A program made the translations under genes and the position numbers. Shown piece by piece: positions 36,673-49,899 of a DNA stretch of 64,000 nucleotides. The stretch is taken from assembly GCA_951406725.2 (NCBI GenBank), contig OX597827.1, forward strand, positions 60,450,001-60,514,000, read 5' to 3'. Positions within the stretch are counted from its first letter, which is position 1, and each line of letters starts with the position of its first letter. This DNA is from Octopus vulgaris (lineage: Eukaryota). The notes beneath the pieces were generated by a model. The model made no database searches and was not told the origin of the DNA. It worked only from the letters and a program-made list of their open reading frames with translations.

Positions 36673-37305
36673 CACGTGATTACGTGACCGACCAGACCAT
36701 CAGATGTTGCTACACATTGCTGGTCACAATGCGCTTCGCATTGTTTTAGCCTTCGAATGACGCCACCCCGCTGGCTAAGTGAGCAGGTCAACAGAAGAAA
36801 GAGTGAGAGAAAGAGTGGTGAAAGAGTACAGCAGGGATCACCACCCCCTGCCGGAGCCTCGTGGAGCTTTTAGGTGTTTTCGCTCAATAAACACTCACAA
36901 CGCCTGGTCTGGGAATTGAAACCATGATCCTACAACCGCGAGTCCGCTGCCCTAACCACTGGGCCATTGGGTAAAGACCCCCTTCGGTCATGAATGACCA
37001 TGGGATTGCACCTAGAAAGTTACCCTCCTAGACACAAGTCCGGGCAAGGTTGTTTATGGAAGACCAGCAGTCGCCCATGCTTACCAGCCTCCCCTCTCCA
37101 CGCCACCAGTGTTATCCAAGGGAAAGACAAAGGTCGATACAGCTTGGCACCAGTGACGTCGCAACTCATTTCTACAGCTGAGTGAACTGGAGCAACGTGA
37201 AATAAAGTGCCTTGCTCAAGAACACAACACGCAGCCCGGTCCGGGATTCGAGCTCACAACCTCACGATCGTAAGCTCGACGCTCTAACCACTGAGCCATG
37301 CGCCT
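36673..37305 (-). mobile_element. Head-to-tail pair of two different tRNA-SINEs (family E 37304-36970, family D tail type 1 36969-36673)
   Basis: Two tRNA-like heads; one 9-bp TSD TGGCCTTAT (36664-36672, 37306-37314) flanks the pair. Confidence 0.8.
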
Positions 37306-37559
37306 TGGCCTTATGCCAAGTTTAATTATTAGTTTAAGAACTAAGTGCCTATGATGTTTGTGTTATGGCACATCGTAACACAGAGAATTACTCCAAAGCT
37401 TATATGCAGAGGCACAGGTGTGACTGTGTGGTAAGAAGTTTGCTTCCCAATCACATGGTTCTGGATTCAATCCCACTGTGTTGCACCTTGGGTTATTATC
37501 TTGTACTATAGTTCCAGGCTGACCAAAGCCATCTAAGTGGAATTGGTAGATGGAAACTG

Positions 37560-37598
<39 letters not shown>

Positions 37599-40500
37599 GC
37601 ATATACATATACAAGTGTGTGTATGTTTGTGTCTCCTTATTCTGCCATCATGTGATAGCTGTAAAATAATTGTCACTGTTATACAAGCAGTGTCAATCAT
37701 TACCAACATTCTTTGAGAACACGTGTGGCTAGGGAGAAACATAACCTTCCTTGGAAACAGGTGAGAGTTGGTGACAGGAAGGGAACCTACAAAGAAAGTT
37801 TGCCTAAAAAAAACTCCATCTGACCGATGGAAAAATGAATGTTAAAATGATGTTGATTCTCTCTCTCTGCAACCATGCGTATCACCTTTCCCTAATCAGA
37901 AAACAACCCTGTAACAAATAGCTTTGCATACAACTTCCTGTAATAGATGTCTTAGTACACTATACTTGTAAGTAGTCTTTCCCTATCTTGAATGTGTTAT
38001 AGTTAGTACATATAGGCAGATCCCTTTTAGTCTTGTGCTGTGTATATGTTGTATTCTCATTTTATATAGCTGATTTCAGTGTATATATAGTATTGTGTTG
38101 AGGAGACTGTTTGTGTATGTTGAGGAGACTGTTTGTGTGGCTGTTTGGTAAGACGTTTGCTTAATGTACACAGGCATGGCTGTGTGGTTAAGGAGCTTGC
38201 ATTGCAACCATGTGGTGTTTCAGGTTCAGTCCCCCCGTGCAGCGCCTTGGCCAAGTGTCTTTTTCTATAGTTCTGGCTGACCAATGCCTTGCAAGTGAAT
38301 TTGGTGTAGAAGCCATCAGATACACACACACACATAATGGATTTGTTCCTCATTGTCTTCTAAATGTGAGTAGCCATGTAGCTCCTATACAACAAGAACT
38401 TGCTCTGAGCAACCCCACTTCTTCAGGTTTTGTAGATTTGTGAGCTGTGTGGTGACCTCACTAGTGCCAGCAGCACAGGAAAAACACCCAATAAACGCTA
38501 TTAGGAAGGATATCCAGCCATAGTATCCATGATAAAGTGGACACTGGAGCACAATGCAGTCCTTAGTCCCATTAGATCCTCTCAAACTGCCCATGTTCCA
38601 TGCTGGCTTGGAACATGGATGTTAAATGATAATAATAGATATGTGTATGTATGTGTCTGACTCTGTGTTTGTTCCACTCACCATGTGACAACTGGTATTG
38701 CTTTTTTTTTTTATTTATGTTTCTCTAACTTAGCAGTTTGGCAAAAGATGCTGATAAAATAAGTACAAGACTTTAAAAAATAATTACAGGGGTACAAGGG
38801 TCGATTTGTTCAACTAAACACTTCAAGGTGGTGCTCCAGCATGGCTGTAGTCGAATGACTGAAACAAATTAAAAATAAAAGATTAATAATATCCATCTTT
38901 TGCATGTGTGTGTGTGTGTGTGTGCATGTGTGTGTGTGTGTGTGTGTGTAACTGGACCATGTAATTCCTAGTTGTATAAATATAGAAAAAAAAAACTCTA
39001 AGGTTACTCCACTCTCTATTATAATATTGGTTCTAATGGTTGTAATGTTTTGTACAATTATCATCATCATGATTATCAGTCTAACACCTGTTACTTTACT
39101 TTTCAGCATACTCCACCACATACTCACACATATTAAATCAAGTGTGATTCTTATATAAATAACATTAACTAGTATACAAACACATGCTGACATGAATATA
39201 TATGTATGCATATACAAATCCTCTGTGTGTGTGTGTATGTGTGTGTTTGTGTGCACATATACACACATATATATATAACCATTGAAATACAATATTACCA
39301 TCATTATTATTAGTTTTAATACCTGTTGGCATTTGTTACATTCCAGTGCTGTCATTTCTTCTCTCATACAGCCTGCCATCCGCAGGTTAGACACAGCTAG
39401 TCTTTGTTAAGTTTTCCATTAATGTAGCTACCTTCCATCAACGTTTTGTTTCTCTCTCTGCGTGCACCATCTATTCAAGTTTCATGTCCATGCTTGTCAG
39501 AATGCCATTGACACATGAATGTTTAGCACAGCTGTGTTCAGTCTTTCTTGTAGGTTAACAAGACCACTCATCTAAGGAACTGTACACTTGTTCTAACCAC
39601 TGTAGAAATAAGATGGCCAAGTGGATAAGATATTGGCCTACCAACCTATTGATCTTGAGTTCTATCCTACTGTTGAATTCTATTGTAAACTTGAGCATGG
39701 CTTAGTGGTTAGGATATTGGACTCATGATCATAAGATTGTGGTTTCGATTCCTGGACTGGGTGATGCGTTGTGTTCTTGAGCAAAACACTTCATTTCATG
39801 TTGCTCCGGTTCACACAGCTGGTAAAAATGAATAATCCAGTGATGGATTTATGTCCCATCCAAGGAGGAATATATATGCCAGAGAAACCTGGAAACTGGC
39901 CCTATGCTCCTCAAAAGAATAATGTAGAATAACCAACACTTAATCCTTTGTGCTTCAGTTCCCCTAGTTGTTGCAAACAAATACTAAATTATCTGGTATA
40001 GATTGGTGTTCTATCCAAGAGAAAACATATTATCCATTTAATGCCATGAAATTGGATTTAAGGACCAGCCCTTAAGATACATCTACATTTTACATTACTG
40101 CAATCACTGGTGATCCTCTGCATTCAAAGTGTATGTTGTATTGCGATACAGTAACATGTTTGCAAAGCAAGCTTCTTAATCACATAGTCATGCCTGCACC
40201 TAATCCTGAACAAAAATAATGGCTATGACTGGAATGCCTTTGATTACAGGTCTTCTTGATCAAGGCTGACCTGAAATTAAACAACAACTTCTACTGAACC
40301 TAACTTGTATTTACATTGTATTTGATGTGTCATTATAGATGGATATAAGGCAGTGAGCTGGCAGAATTGTTTGCATGCCAAGCAAAATGCTTAGCAGCAT
40401 TTCATTTGTCTTAACACTCTGAGTTCAAATTCTGCTGGGGCTGACTTTGCCTTTCGTACTTTTAGGGTTGATAAAATACGTACCAGTTGAGTGCTAGGCT

Positions 40501-40932
40501 TGGTGTAATTGGCTTATTCCTACCTTTGAACTTACTGGCCTTATTCCAAAATTTGAAACCATTACAGATGGATAAAAGATGGCAAGCTGTCAAAATCATT
40601 AGTTAATCAGACATGATGTTTAGCGACATTTTTATCCAATCTTTTGATTCTGAGTTCAAAATCCGTTGAAGTTAACTTTACTTTTTATCCTTTTGGGGTC
40701 AATAAAATAAGTACCATTTGAGCTCTGGGGTTGCTATAATCAACTCGCCCCCTTACCCAAATTTAAGGTTTTGTGCCTATTGTAGAAACAATCATTATAC
40801 ATAGATAAACTCCCTTACTTTGTGTGTATGTGTGTGTTGGTGGGTAGCAGTTACACTGTGTATTTGAGTTTATTTATAAAATGTGTTTCTCTCTTTGTTT
40901 CCTTTTCTTATAGAGGCTACATAAGCTTTACC

Positions 40933-41415
40933 ATGGACCAGTCTGTGTGTCTGGATGATGACGACGATGATATCATCTCCGATATCGTAAATACTGCTCA
41001 TCTCAACATTGACCAGGATCCTTTGAGCTCTACATTAGTCCACTCACCTACCACCGATACACTGGACTCTGTGATGCTGGAGCCTTCTCCTTCCGAAGAT
41101 GGCAGTGAGGAGCAGGATGGAGAGGAGCTGGCAAAAAGCAATTCAGTAAGTCCAATCCCTGACGATTCTTCATTGCAAGATCTTGAAAGTGATGCCATAG
41201 AAGCAGCAACAGAAACTGTAGCAGCAGCAGCAGCAGCAACAACAGCAGCAGCAGATGATGAAGTAGAGGTGACACCTGCTGTTGATGATGAAGAAGTGAT
41301 CCCCCCAGTGGAGCAACAAGACCAACAGGATATAATGATAACGATAACTTCACCCACCACATTGGATACAGCAGCAGCATCAAGTGAAAATGAAGAGAAG
41401 TCACCAGGAGCAGAG
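40933..41415 (+). CDS. TRAPPC12: TRAPPC12 coding exon 1 (acceptor before 40914, ATG 40933)
   Basis: Pyrimidine tract + TAG acceptor; ACCATGG start; acidic [13 protein letters not shown]...PGAE; donor GAG|GTAGCT; phase 0. Confidence 0.75.
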
Positions 41416-44400
41416 GTAGCTAGCATTTATTTCAGTCTTTTTTTGTTTTTTAATCAGGTGCAGGCATGGCCGTGTGGTAAAAATTTGCTTCCCAAACCAC
41501 ATGGTTCCGAGTTCAGTACCACTGTGTCATACCTTGGACAAGTGTTTTCTACTTTAGCCTGGGCAAATTAAAGTTTTGTGAGTGGATTTGGTTGATGGAA
41601 ACTGAAAGAAGCTTATTTTTTTTTTAGAGCCACTGCAACTGAAATGAAGAAGGAAGAATTGTACTTTAGGCTGAAATTCTTGCAACAGAGTGTACTTTAC
41701 CAGAGGCATGTCAGTAACAGGTGGTGGTAATTAAATTGGGCAATGAAATAAGTCTGTTCACCAAAAACAAAAAAAAGAAATGATCTCCCTGACAGATTTC
41801 TGTTTAGTTTCTGTTTACCAAATTTCACTTACAAGGCTTTGGTCAACCTAAAGCTTTTGTAGAAGACACTTACTCAAGGTGTCACACAGTGGTATTGAAC
41901 CCCAAACCACACTGAAACTTAGATTGGAAAATACAGTATGAACATTGTGAATGAGAAAGGCAGGCACAAAGGTTAATCTTTCTTGTAAATGCAAAGAGAT
42001 AGAAGTGATTGTTTTAATTATAGAAAAGGCCAAAGAATAGTTATAATTTGATGGATTGAGTAGATGAACTAAAGGTTTAATGAAAGGAATTTGTGAAGTA
42101 AAAAGATGGATTGTAAATGTAATTAAGTTAAGTGTAAATGACCTTATGGCTGTAATGGTGCCTTGTGCCTTCTGTCTAATGTAATGCTTATTTGTCCACA
42201 TTATTTTGAATTACTCCTGCATTATGTTTTTGTGTTGAAATTTTGATGATATGCTTGTATATTTTTATATGACATCGTAGGATTGGTGTGAGAGTCTGAA
42301 GATAGTGAGTCTGTACATAAATCAGATACAATATTTAGGCCAGATATAGCTAGTTTAAATACTAAAAGTTTAATCTAGTGTGCCAATTGAAAACAGAAAA
42401 CGTTTAAAAGTCTCTGACTGTCTTCTCTTGTGTTTTCTCTCATTTTTATCCATCCTTCTCTCTTCCCTTCAGAGTCCTACAGAGTTTCATATTCCAGACA
42501 ATGAAGACAATGCAGATCTTCCTGAGCAAGCAGCCAGTGAAGGGACAGCCGAAATGGATGAGAGCTGCTTGAACCAGCCATCAATCAGCAGCTACTTTGC
42601 GACACCACCAGTGACCAGCAACGACTCGGCCGAGAACTTTTTTGATAACCTAACAATTGATACAAAGCCACCACCGACTTCACCAATACCACCAGCCCTG
42701 GATTCACTCACACTGGAACAGGCAGAGAACTGCAATGAGGTAGTTCATTCACAGAGCACAGACATTTTACCGACATCCCCTAGAAATTTTGCACAGGTTG
42801 GTAGATACTCCAGTAGACATATCTGCATGACAAAATATATGGAACTGTTGGGCTTTTTTTTTATGCACATTTATTTGTTACTTGTCAAGACTCTTGCCTT
42901 ACAACTCTTAAAATATTTGTTATTCTTTCTCTAGAGTGATCAATGCCAAGATCAGTAGAGCTCTAGATAAAACTCCACCTGTCTAACACCCGTGGACATG
43001 TTTACAAAGTCAGAAAACAGCACAGCTCCCATGACTTTCAGAAACATTTTTTCACGCTAAGAGTTGCTGAAGCATGGAACAAACTGCTGGCATCAGTTGT
43101 TAGTTGTCGGAGCACTGCATCCTTCAAAACTTCCATGCTTCCTGAGATTCACCAACACTACACCTGATTTTCTCCCCTCCATACACACGCAAGCATGTAT
43201 CTGACTCATACACTGTTCACTTCCCAGCCATTTGTATATTACTGCATATGCTTTATATGCACTTTTGACAAGTTGTGGTGCACCTGAGCACTGTATACAA
43301 TAATTTCATTATTATATTATATATATTAAATACCTTGTGTTATTTGGTTACATCCTTTTACATTCTAAGTTTGAATTCTGAAGAGGTCAACATTTCAACA
43401 TTACCTTTCAAAATTACTCTCCTCTGGAGGGGTCAGTAAAATAACGTACCAGTACACTACAGATACTACAGCATGTGTATCAGCTCTGATTGTTGCTTAC
43501 ATTTGTACCTATACTGCATTACTAAATACCATTGTTTTTCTTATTTCTTCTAGTTTATTCCATATCCTCACCAATAGGCCTGTAATAACCGTCATCGTCC
43601 AAACATTTAAAAATTTTTTTATGCTATTCATTTCATAACCTTTGTCAACAGTCTCTTTTTCATAATTTATGTATGTATGTGCTTGTGTGTGTATGTGTGT
43701 GTTGTGCAGGCATGGTTGTGGGATTAAGAAGCTTGCTTCTCAACCATGTGAGCTTGGTTTTAGTCTAAATGCATGGCGCTTTGGTAAGTGTCTTCTACTA
43801 TAGTCCTTGGAGTGGATTTTGATAGAAACTACCACTGCTACCACTACTACTACTACTACTACTGTTACTCTAATAGGTACACCAAGAACCTGAAAGCGTC
43901 ACATTTGAAGGAACCGAATCTGTTCTTGAAGAAAACTGCAATGCACAAGAAAAGGAAGATTTTCTTTTAGATGATGAAGAATTTGAATCATTCACTGCAG
44001 AAGAAAGCCAGATTGGATTTGAACTCGGTTTGACTAGCTCTCCGAAACAAGTACTACCAGAAAATTATTCACACAGCACCGATCACACTCCCCATGAAAG
44101 AGAACGACATGTTTCTTCGTCTTCTAGTAAAACACCACTATCATCAGAGGTTGTCAGGGAGAACAGCATGAACCAGTTCTTCTCTGAAGTATCACCCTCA
44201 CTGGCTGAAGAGCCAGACGTGCCACTATCACCCGCAATTAACACATCACCCGCAGTACCAAAACTAGTTGCTACTGAGAATGTCATTGTTCAGGCAGCAG
44301 TTTCCAGTCACAGTACGCCTGTCCATCAAAACCAACACATCTCATCCGCTGGAGTTTCATCGGTACCTTTCCAACAGTTCATCGAAGACGTCAACACGGA

Positions 44401-45137
44401 CGACCTCTTTACGATGGGTCTCGACATGAGCGATTCTGACCGACGGCATGATGCTTGGGTCCCTGTAGAATCAACACAGAAGATACTCAATGAGATTGCT
44501 TCAGCACTAGAAAAACCTGAATACGCTTCAGAAATGCTCTCTACTCCAGGCATCACAGTTGAAGAAGCACAAGTAAGGCTCTTGTACATCACTTTAATTG
44601 TTGATTTCTTTTCTTTTTTCTTTTGTTTTAACATTCTCTTGTGCTTTTAAAGTATGTTGTAGCTAACTGGCTGCAGAATGTAAAGGATTTTAATGGGAAA
44701 GAACATTAAAGCAAGCTTTGAATATAACAAAGATATGTCAGATTCCCATCTTCTCAAACTATACAAAATTACATTAATGGGGTATATTATATACACTGCA
44801 CAATGTAAACATAACTATATGCAGTGCTCACTATATGGCGGCGAGCTGGCAGAAACTTTAGCATGATGGGCGAAATGCGTAGCTGTATTTCGTCTGCCGT
44901 TACGTTCTGGGTTCAAATTCCGCCGAGGTCAATTTTGCCTTTCATCCTTTCGAGGTCGATAAATTAAGTACCAGTTATGCACTGGGATCGATGTAATTGA
45001 CTTAGTCCCTTTGTCTGTCCTTGTTTGTCCCCTCTGTGTTTAGCCCCTTGTGGGTAGTAAAGAAATATATATGCAGTGCTCACATACATACATACATGCA
45101 CACATTGCACACAAAATAACATTACTAGGTATAGCAT

Positions 45138-45174
<37 letters not shown>

Positions 45175-46834
45175 TGCACACACACATGCATGTACAGATA
45201 CATACATATGCACAAACACTCTCTCTCTCTACACACACAAAATACATTACTAGGTGCTGCACACACAGATACACACATATATAAAGACTGACAAACACAC
45301 ACACTGCAAGGTACAGCACTTGCACACAGATACACATACATACACACACACTTTACACAATAACTTTACTATGTTCAGCAGACACATAACTTCACACATA
45401 TAGCTATATGCACACATATAAGGCGGCGAGCTGGCAGAAACATTAGCGCGCCGGGCGAAATGCTTAGCGGTATTTTGTCTGTCATTACGTTCTGAGTACA
45501 AATTCCGCCGAGGTCGACTTTGCCTTTCATCCTTTCGGGGTCGATAAATAAAGTACCAGTTTCGCACTAGGGTTGATGTAATTGACTCAATCCCTTTGTC
45601 TGTCCTTGTTTGTCCTCTGTATGTTTAGCCCCTTGTGGGTGGTAAAGAAATATATATGCACTCATACACATATTATTAGACACAGTACGTACACACACAC
45701 ATTATTAGGTACAGTATACGCGCACATTACTAGGCATATATTACTGTTACTAGAGATATACACACATACAACAAAATGTAACATTATAAGTTACAGCACT
45801 CAAACACAGATACACACACACAACAATAAAAAAATAACTTTAATAGGTACAGTATACAACCGTAAATATATTTAAGCACATTCACAACCCCCACTCCAAA
45901 AACCCTCATGTTCTTAAATGACTTAGGATCCAGTTTGGTCATGCAAGATAGAGACTCATTAAAGGATATCAATTAAAAAATAATTTATATTATAATAGAG
46001 TTGATGATGATTGATGAACAATATTGCTTTTTTTTTTTTCTTTTGTAGCCTGATCCCATTCAAGAGATGTTGCGGAAATTCATGGGAGACGATGAAGCTG
46101 ATCTCAGGCAAACAATGTCGGCTGATGCTGTCTCACAGGATACTGATGGCTTGTGTAAACTTGTGGTATGTATTGTACTATGTGTCATCATCGTCATCAT
46201 CATTTAACATCTGTTTTCCATGCTGGCATGAGTTGGATGGTTTGATAGGTGTTGACCAGTAGAAGGACTGTTCAGGCTCCCTGTCTATTTTGGCATGTTT
46301 TCTACAGCTCAATGCCCTTCCTAATGCCAACTGTTTTGCAGAGTGTACTGGCGGCAAGCTGGCAGAAATGTTAGCACGCTGGGCGAAATGCTTAGTGGTA
46401 TTTTGTCTGCCGTTATGTTCTGAGTTCAAATTCCACCAAGGTCGACTTTGCCTTTCATCCTTTTGGGATTGATAAATTACGTACCAGTTACGCACTGGGC
46501 TCGATGTAATCGACTTAATGTCCTTCTTTGTCCCCTCTATGTTTAGCCACTTGTGGGCAATAAAGAAATAAGAGTGTACTGGTGCTTTCACACAACACCG
46601 GCACAGGTGCTTTTTACATGGCACCAGCATCTATGAACCTGCAAGTTTAGTGATGCTCATCTGGAGAGGGTTGCAGGGGGTGAGCCTGTATGCAAGGACG
46701 CCCATGCTTTTACTTAGTTTAACATGTCTTTTCAAGCACAGCAAACTGCCAGGTGTCTTGGTCTCCTGTCGTCCCTTCTGTGAGTCCCAATGTCTGTAGA
46801 TTCTTTTTCACCCCTTTGTCCCACATCTTACATA

Positions 46835-46873
<39 letters not shown>

Positions 46874-48742
46874 GAAAAGAAAACGGAAATTTACAATTGA
46901 CATATTTTAATTTATTAACATAATATAATGTAAATATTATAATCCTACAATTGTTTCGATTCAGACCCAATAATAAATTTATAAAAATTCATGTTTATGG
47001 GTAAGAATCTCATCAGGGAATATTTAACAAAAATTACATATGAGGATTTTTAGATCCTAAAACTGAATTAAATATGTTTGTAAGCATGAGCATCAATAAT
47101 TTTTTAAAATGTATAATAAAAATATTATAATAAAAACAAAAAATTGAAATAAATAAAAAATAAATAAATAAAATCTAATATAATGGTCATAAAATGTTTA
47201 TGTACTTTTAAGAATATTAATTTAAATATATTTTTGCACATTAGGTTTTAAAAAAGGAGAAATAATATGCTAAGAAAAATCCTATGTTTTGTTTCTTTTC
47301 TTTTGTTCAAATCTTATGTTTTGTTTCTTTTCTTTTGTACAGAAGAACGAATGCTTCCGCGCTGCTGTCGAAATGACTGGGAGGCTGTTGATTGCTGCCA
47401 AACAAGGTCCTGATAATATTGGGCAGATCACACTGCACACACCTCACATTTTACAGGTAGGTAATTTTGGGTCTTGTGCTAAAGACATTTGTAGAGATTC
47501 CATGCAGTTCACATCAGTCATAAGAAAATTTGGGGCAGGTCTAACAGCAAACACTTCACGCTTAAACAGGTGGGGCATTGAAGGTTTGGTGACGCTGGTG
47601 TTGGTGATGGTATTATCAGTTATGGGAAAAATAGCCCTAAAAACAGGTTTGATGATATAAGCAGGAAAACAGAATTCAAAACATGAGTTTCTTGTATATA
47701 TAGCGCAGGAGTGGCTGTGTGGTAAGTAGCTTGCTTACCAAGCACATGGTTCCAGGTTCATTCCCACTGCGTGGCACCTTTGGCAAGTGTCTTCTACAAT
47801 AGCCTTAGCCCAACCAAAGCCTTGTGAGTGGATTTGGTAGACGGAAACTGAAAGAAGCCCATTGTATATATGTATGTATGTGTGTGTATATGTTTGTGTG
47901 TCTGTGTTTGTCCCCCCCAACATTGCTTGACAACCGATGCTGGTGTGTTTACGTCCCCGTAACTTAGCGATTCGGCAAAAGAGACCGATAAAATAAGTAC
48001 TAGGCTTACAAAGAATAAGCCCTGGGGTCGATTTGCTCGACTAAAGGCGGTGCTCCAGCATGGCCACAGTCAAATGACTGAAACAAGTAAAAGAATATAT
48101 ATTTTTTGTATCTTTTTACTTGTTTGTGAAGGCGCATGGCTCAGTGGTTAGAGTGCTGGGCTCACAATCATGAGGTAGGGAGTTTCACATTGTTCGTGTT
48201 CACTCAACTGTAGAAATGAGTTGCTATGTCACTGGTGTTAAGCTGTACCAGCCCTTGGATAACATCAGTGGTATGGAGAGGGAAGGCTGCTATGCATGGG
48301 TGACTAGTGGTCTTCTGTAAACTACCTTGCCCGGATTTGTGCCTCGGAGGGTAACTTTCTAGGTGCAATCCCATGGTCATTCATGACTGAAAGGGATCTT
48401 TACCTTTTACCTTTATTTGTCTAAGTCATTAGACTGCAGCCATGCTGTGGCATTGCCTTGAAGGGTTTAGTCAAATGAATCACCCCAAGAACTTAATTTT
48501 TTTGAGAGCTCTGGTTCTTATTCTATTGGTCTTGTTTTGCCAAACTGTTAAGTTACATGGATATAAGCAAACCAACACTGGTTGATGAGTGGTGGTGGGA
48601 CACACATATGCACAAACACACACACATACACACACACACACACACATGCACACACATATACACACACGCACACACACACATCTCCAGGTCAACAAAGCTT
48701 TGTGAATGGATTTCGTTTGACAAAATCTGTGGAAATGCATTG

Positions 48743-48833
<91 letters not shown>

Positions 48834-48932
48834 ATATATGTGTGTGTGTGTGTGTGTATATATATATGTGTGTGTGTGTGTGTGTATATATATATGTGTG
48901 TGTGTGTGTGTATATATATGTGTGTGTGTGTG

Positions 48933-48998
<66 letters not shown>

Positions 48999-49172
48999 TG
49001 TGTGTGTGTGTATATATATGTGTGTGTGTGTGTGTGTATATATATGTGTGTGTGTGTGTGTATATATATGTGTGTGTGTGTGTGTGTATATATATGTGTG
49101 TGTGTGTGTGTGTGTATATATATGTGTGTGTGTGTGTGTGTATATATATGTGTGTGTGTGTGTGTATATATA

Positions 49173-49203
<31 letters not shown>

Positions 49204-49542
49204 GTGTGTGTGTATATATATATGTGTGTGTGTGTGTGTGTATATATATGTGTGTGTGTGTGTGTGTGTATATATATGTGTGTGTGTGTGTGTATATATA
49301 TATGTGTGTGTGTGTGTGTATATATATGTGTGTGTGTGTGTGTGTGTATATATATGTGTGTGTGTGTGTGTATATATATATGTGTGTGTGTGTGTATATA
49401 TATATATGTGTGTGTGTGTGTATATATATATGTGTGTGTGTGTGTATATATATGTGTGTGTGTGTGTGTATATATATGTGTGTGTGTGTATATATATGTG
49501 TGTGTGTGTGTATATATATGTGTGTGTATATATATGTGTATC

Positions 49543-49585
<43 letters not shown>

Positions 49586-49836
49586 TTTTAATATAGGATA
49601 AAAATTTTTTCCCCAAAAAATTTTCATCATGTGGCCTGCATATTAAAATACCTTTTAAGGTGAAAATTATAAACAATTATAAATAAGGGCAAAACAAAAG
49701 TTTCTGTGCCAATATGCTGAGAAATAAATTTTAAAGTGTCAATCACCACATACAATATACATCACTATAAATACACGCTGTGTATTTATAGTGATGAAAT
49801 TTTTTCTTTTGCCCTTGTTTAAAATTGTTTATATAC

Positions 49837-49899
<63 letters not shown>

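Noticed and set aside
37225-37304. tRNA gene-like sequence (also heads at ~59430-59507, ~48131-48190 and families A/B)
   Set aside because: A and B boxes continue into SINE bodies with tails and TSDs; no complete acceptor stem or Pol III terminator.
48480-49676. ORFs of 258-398 aa rich in CV/HT/IY
   Set aside because: Translations of a TG/TA compound microsatellite in a TRAPPC12 intron.
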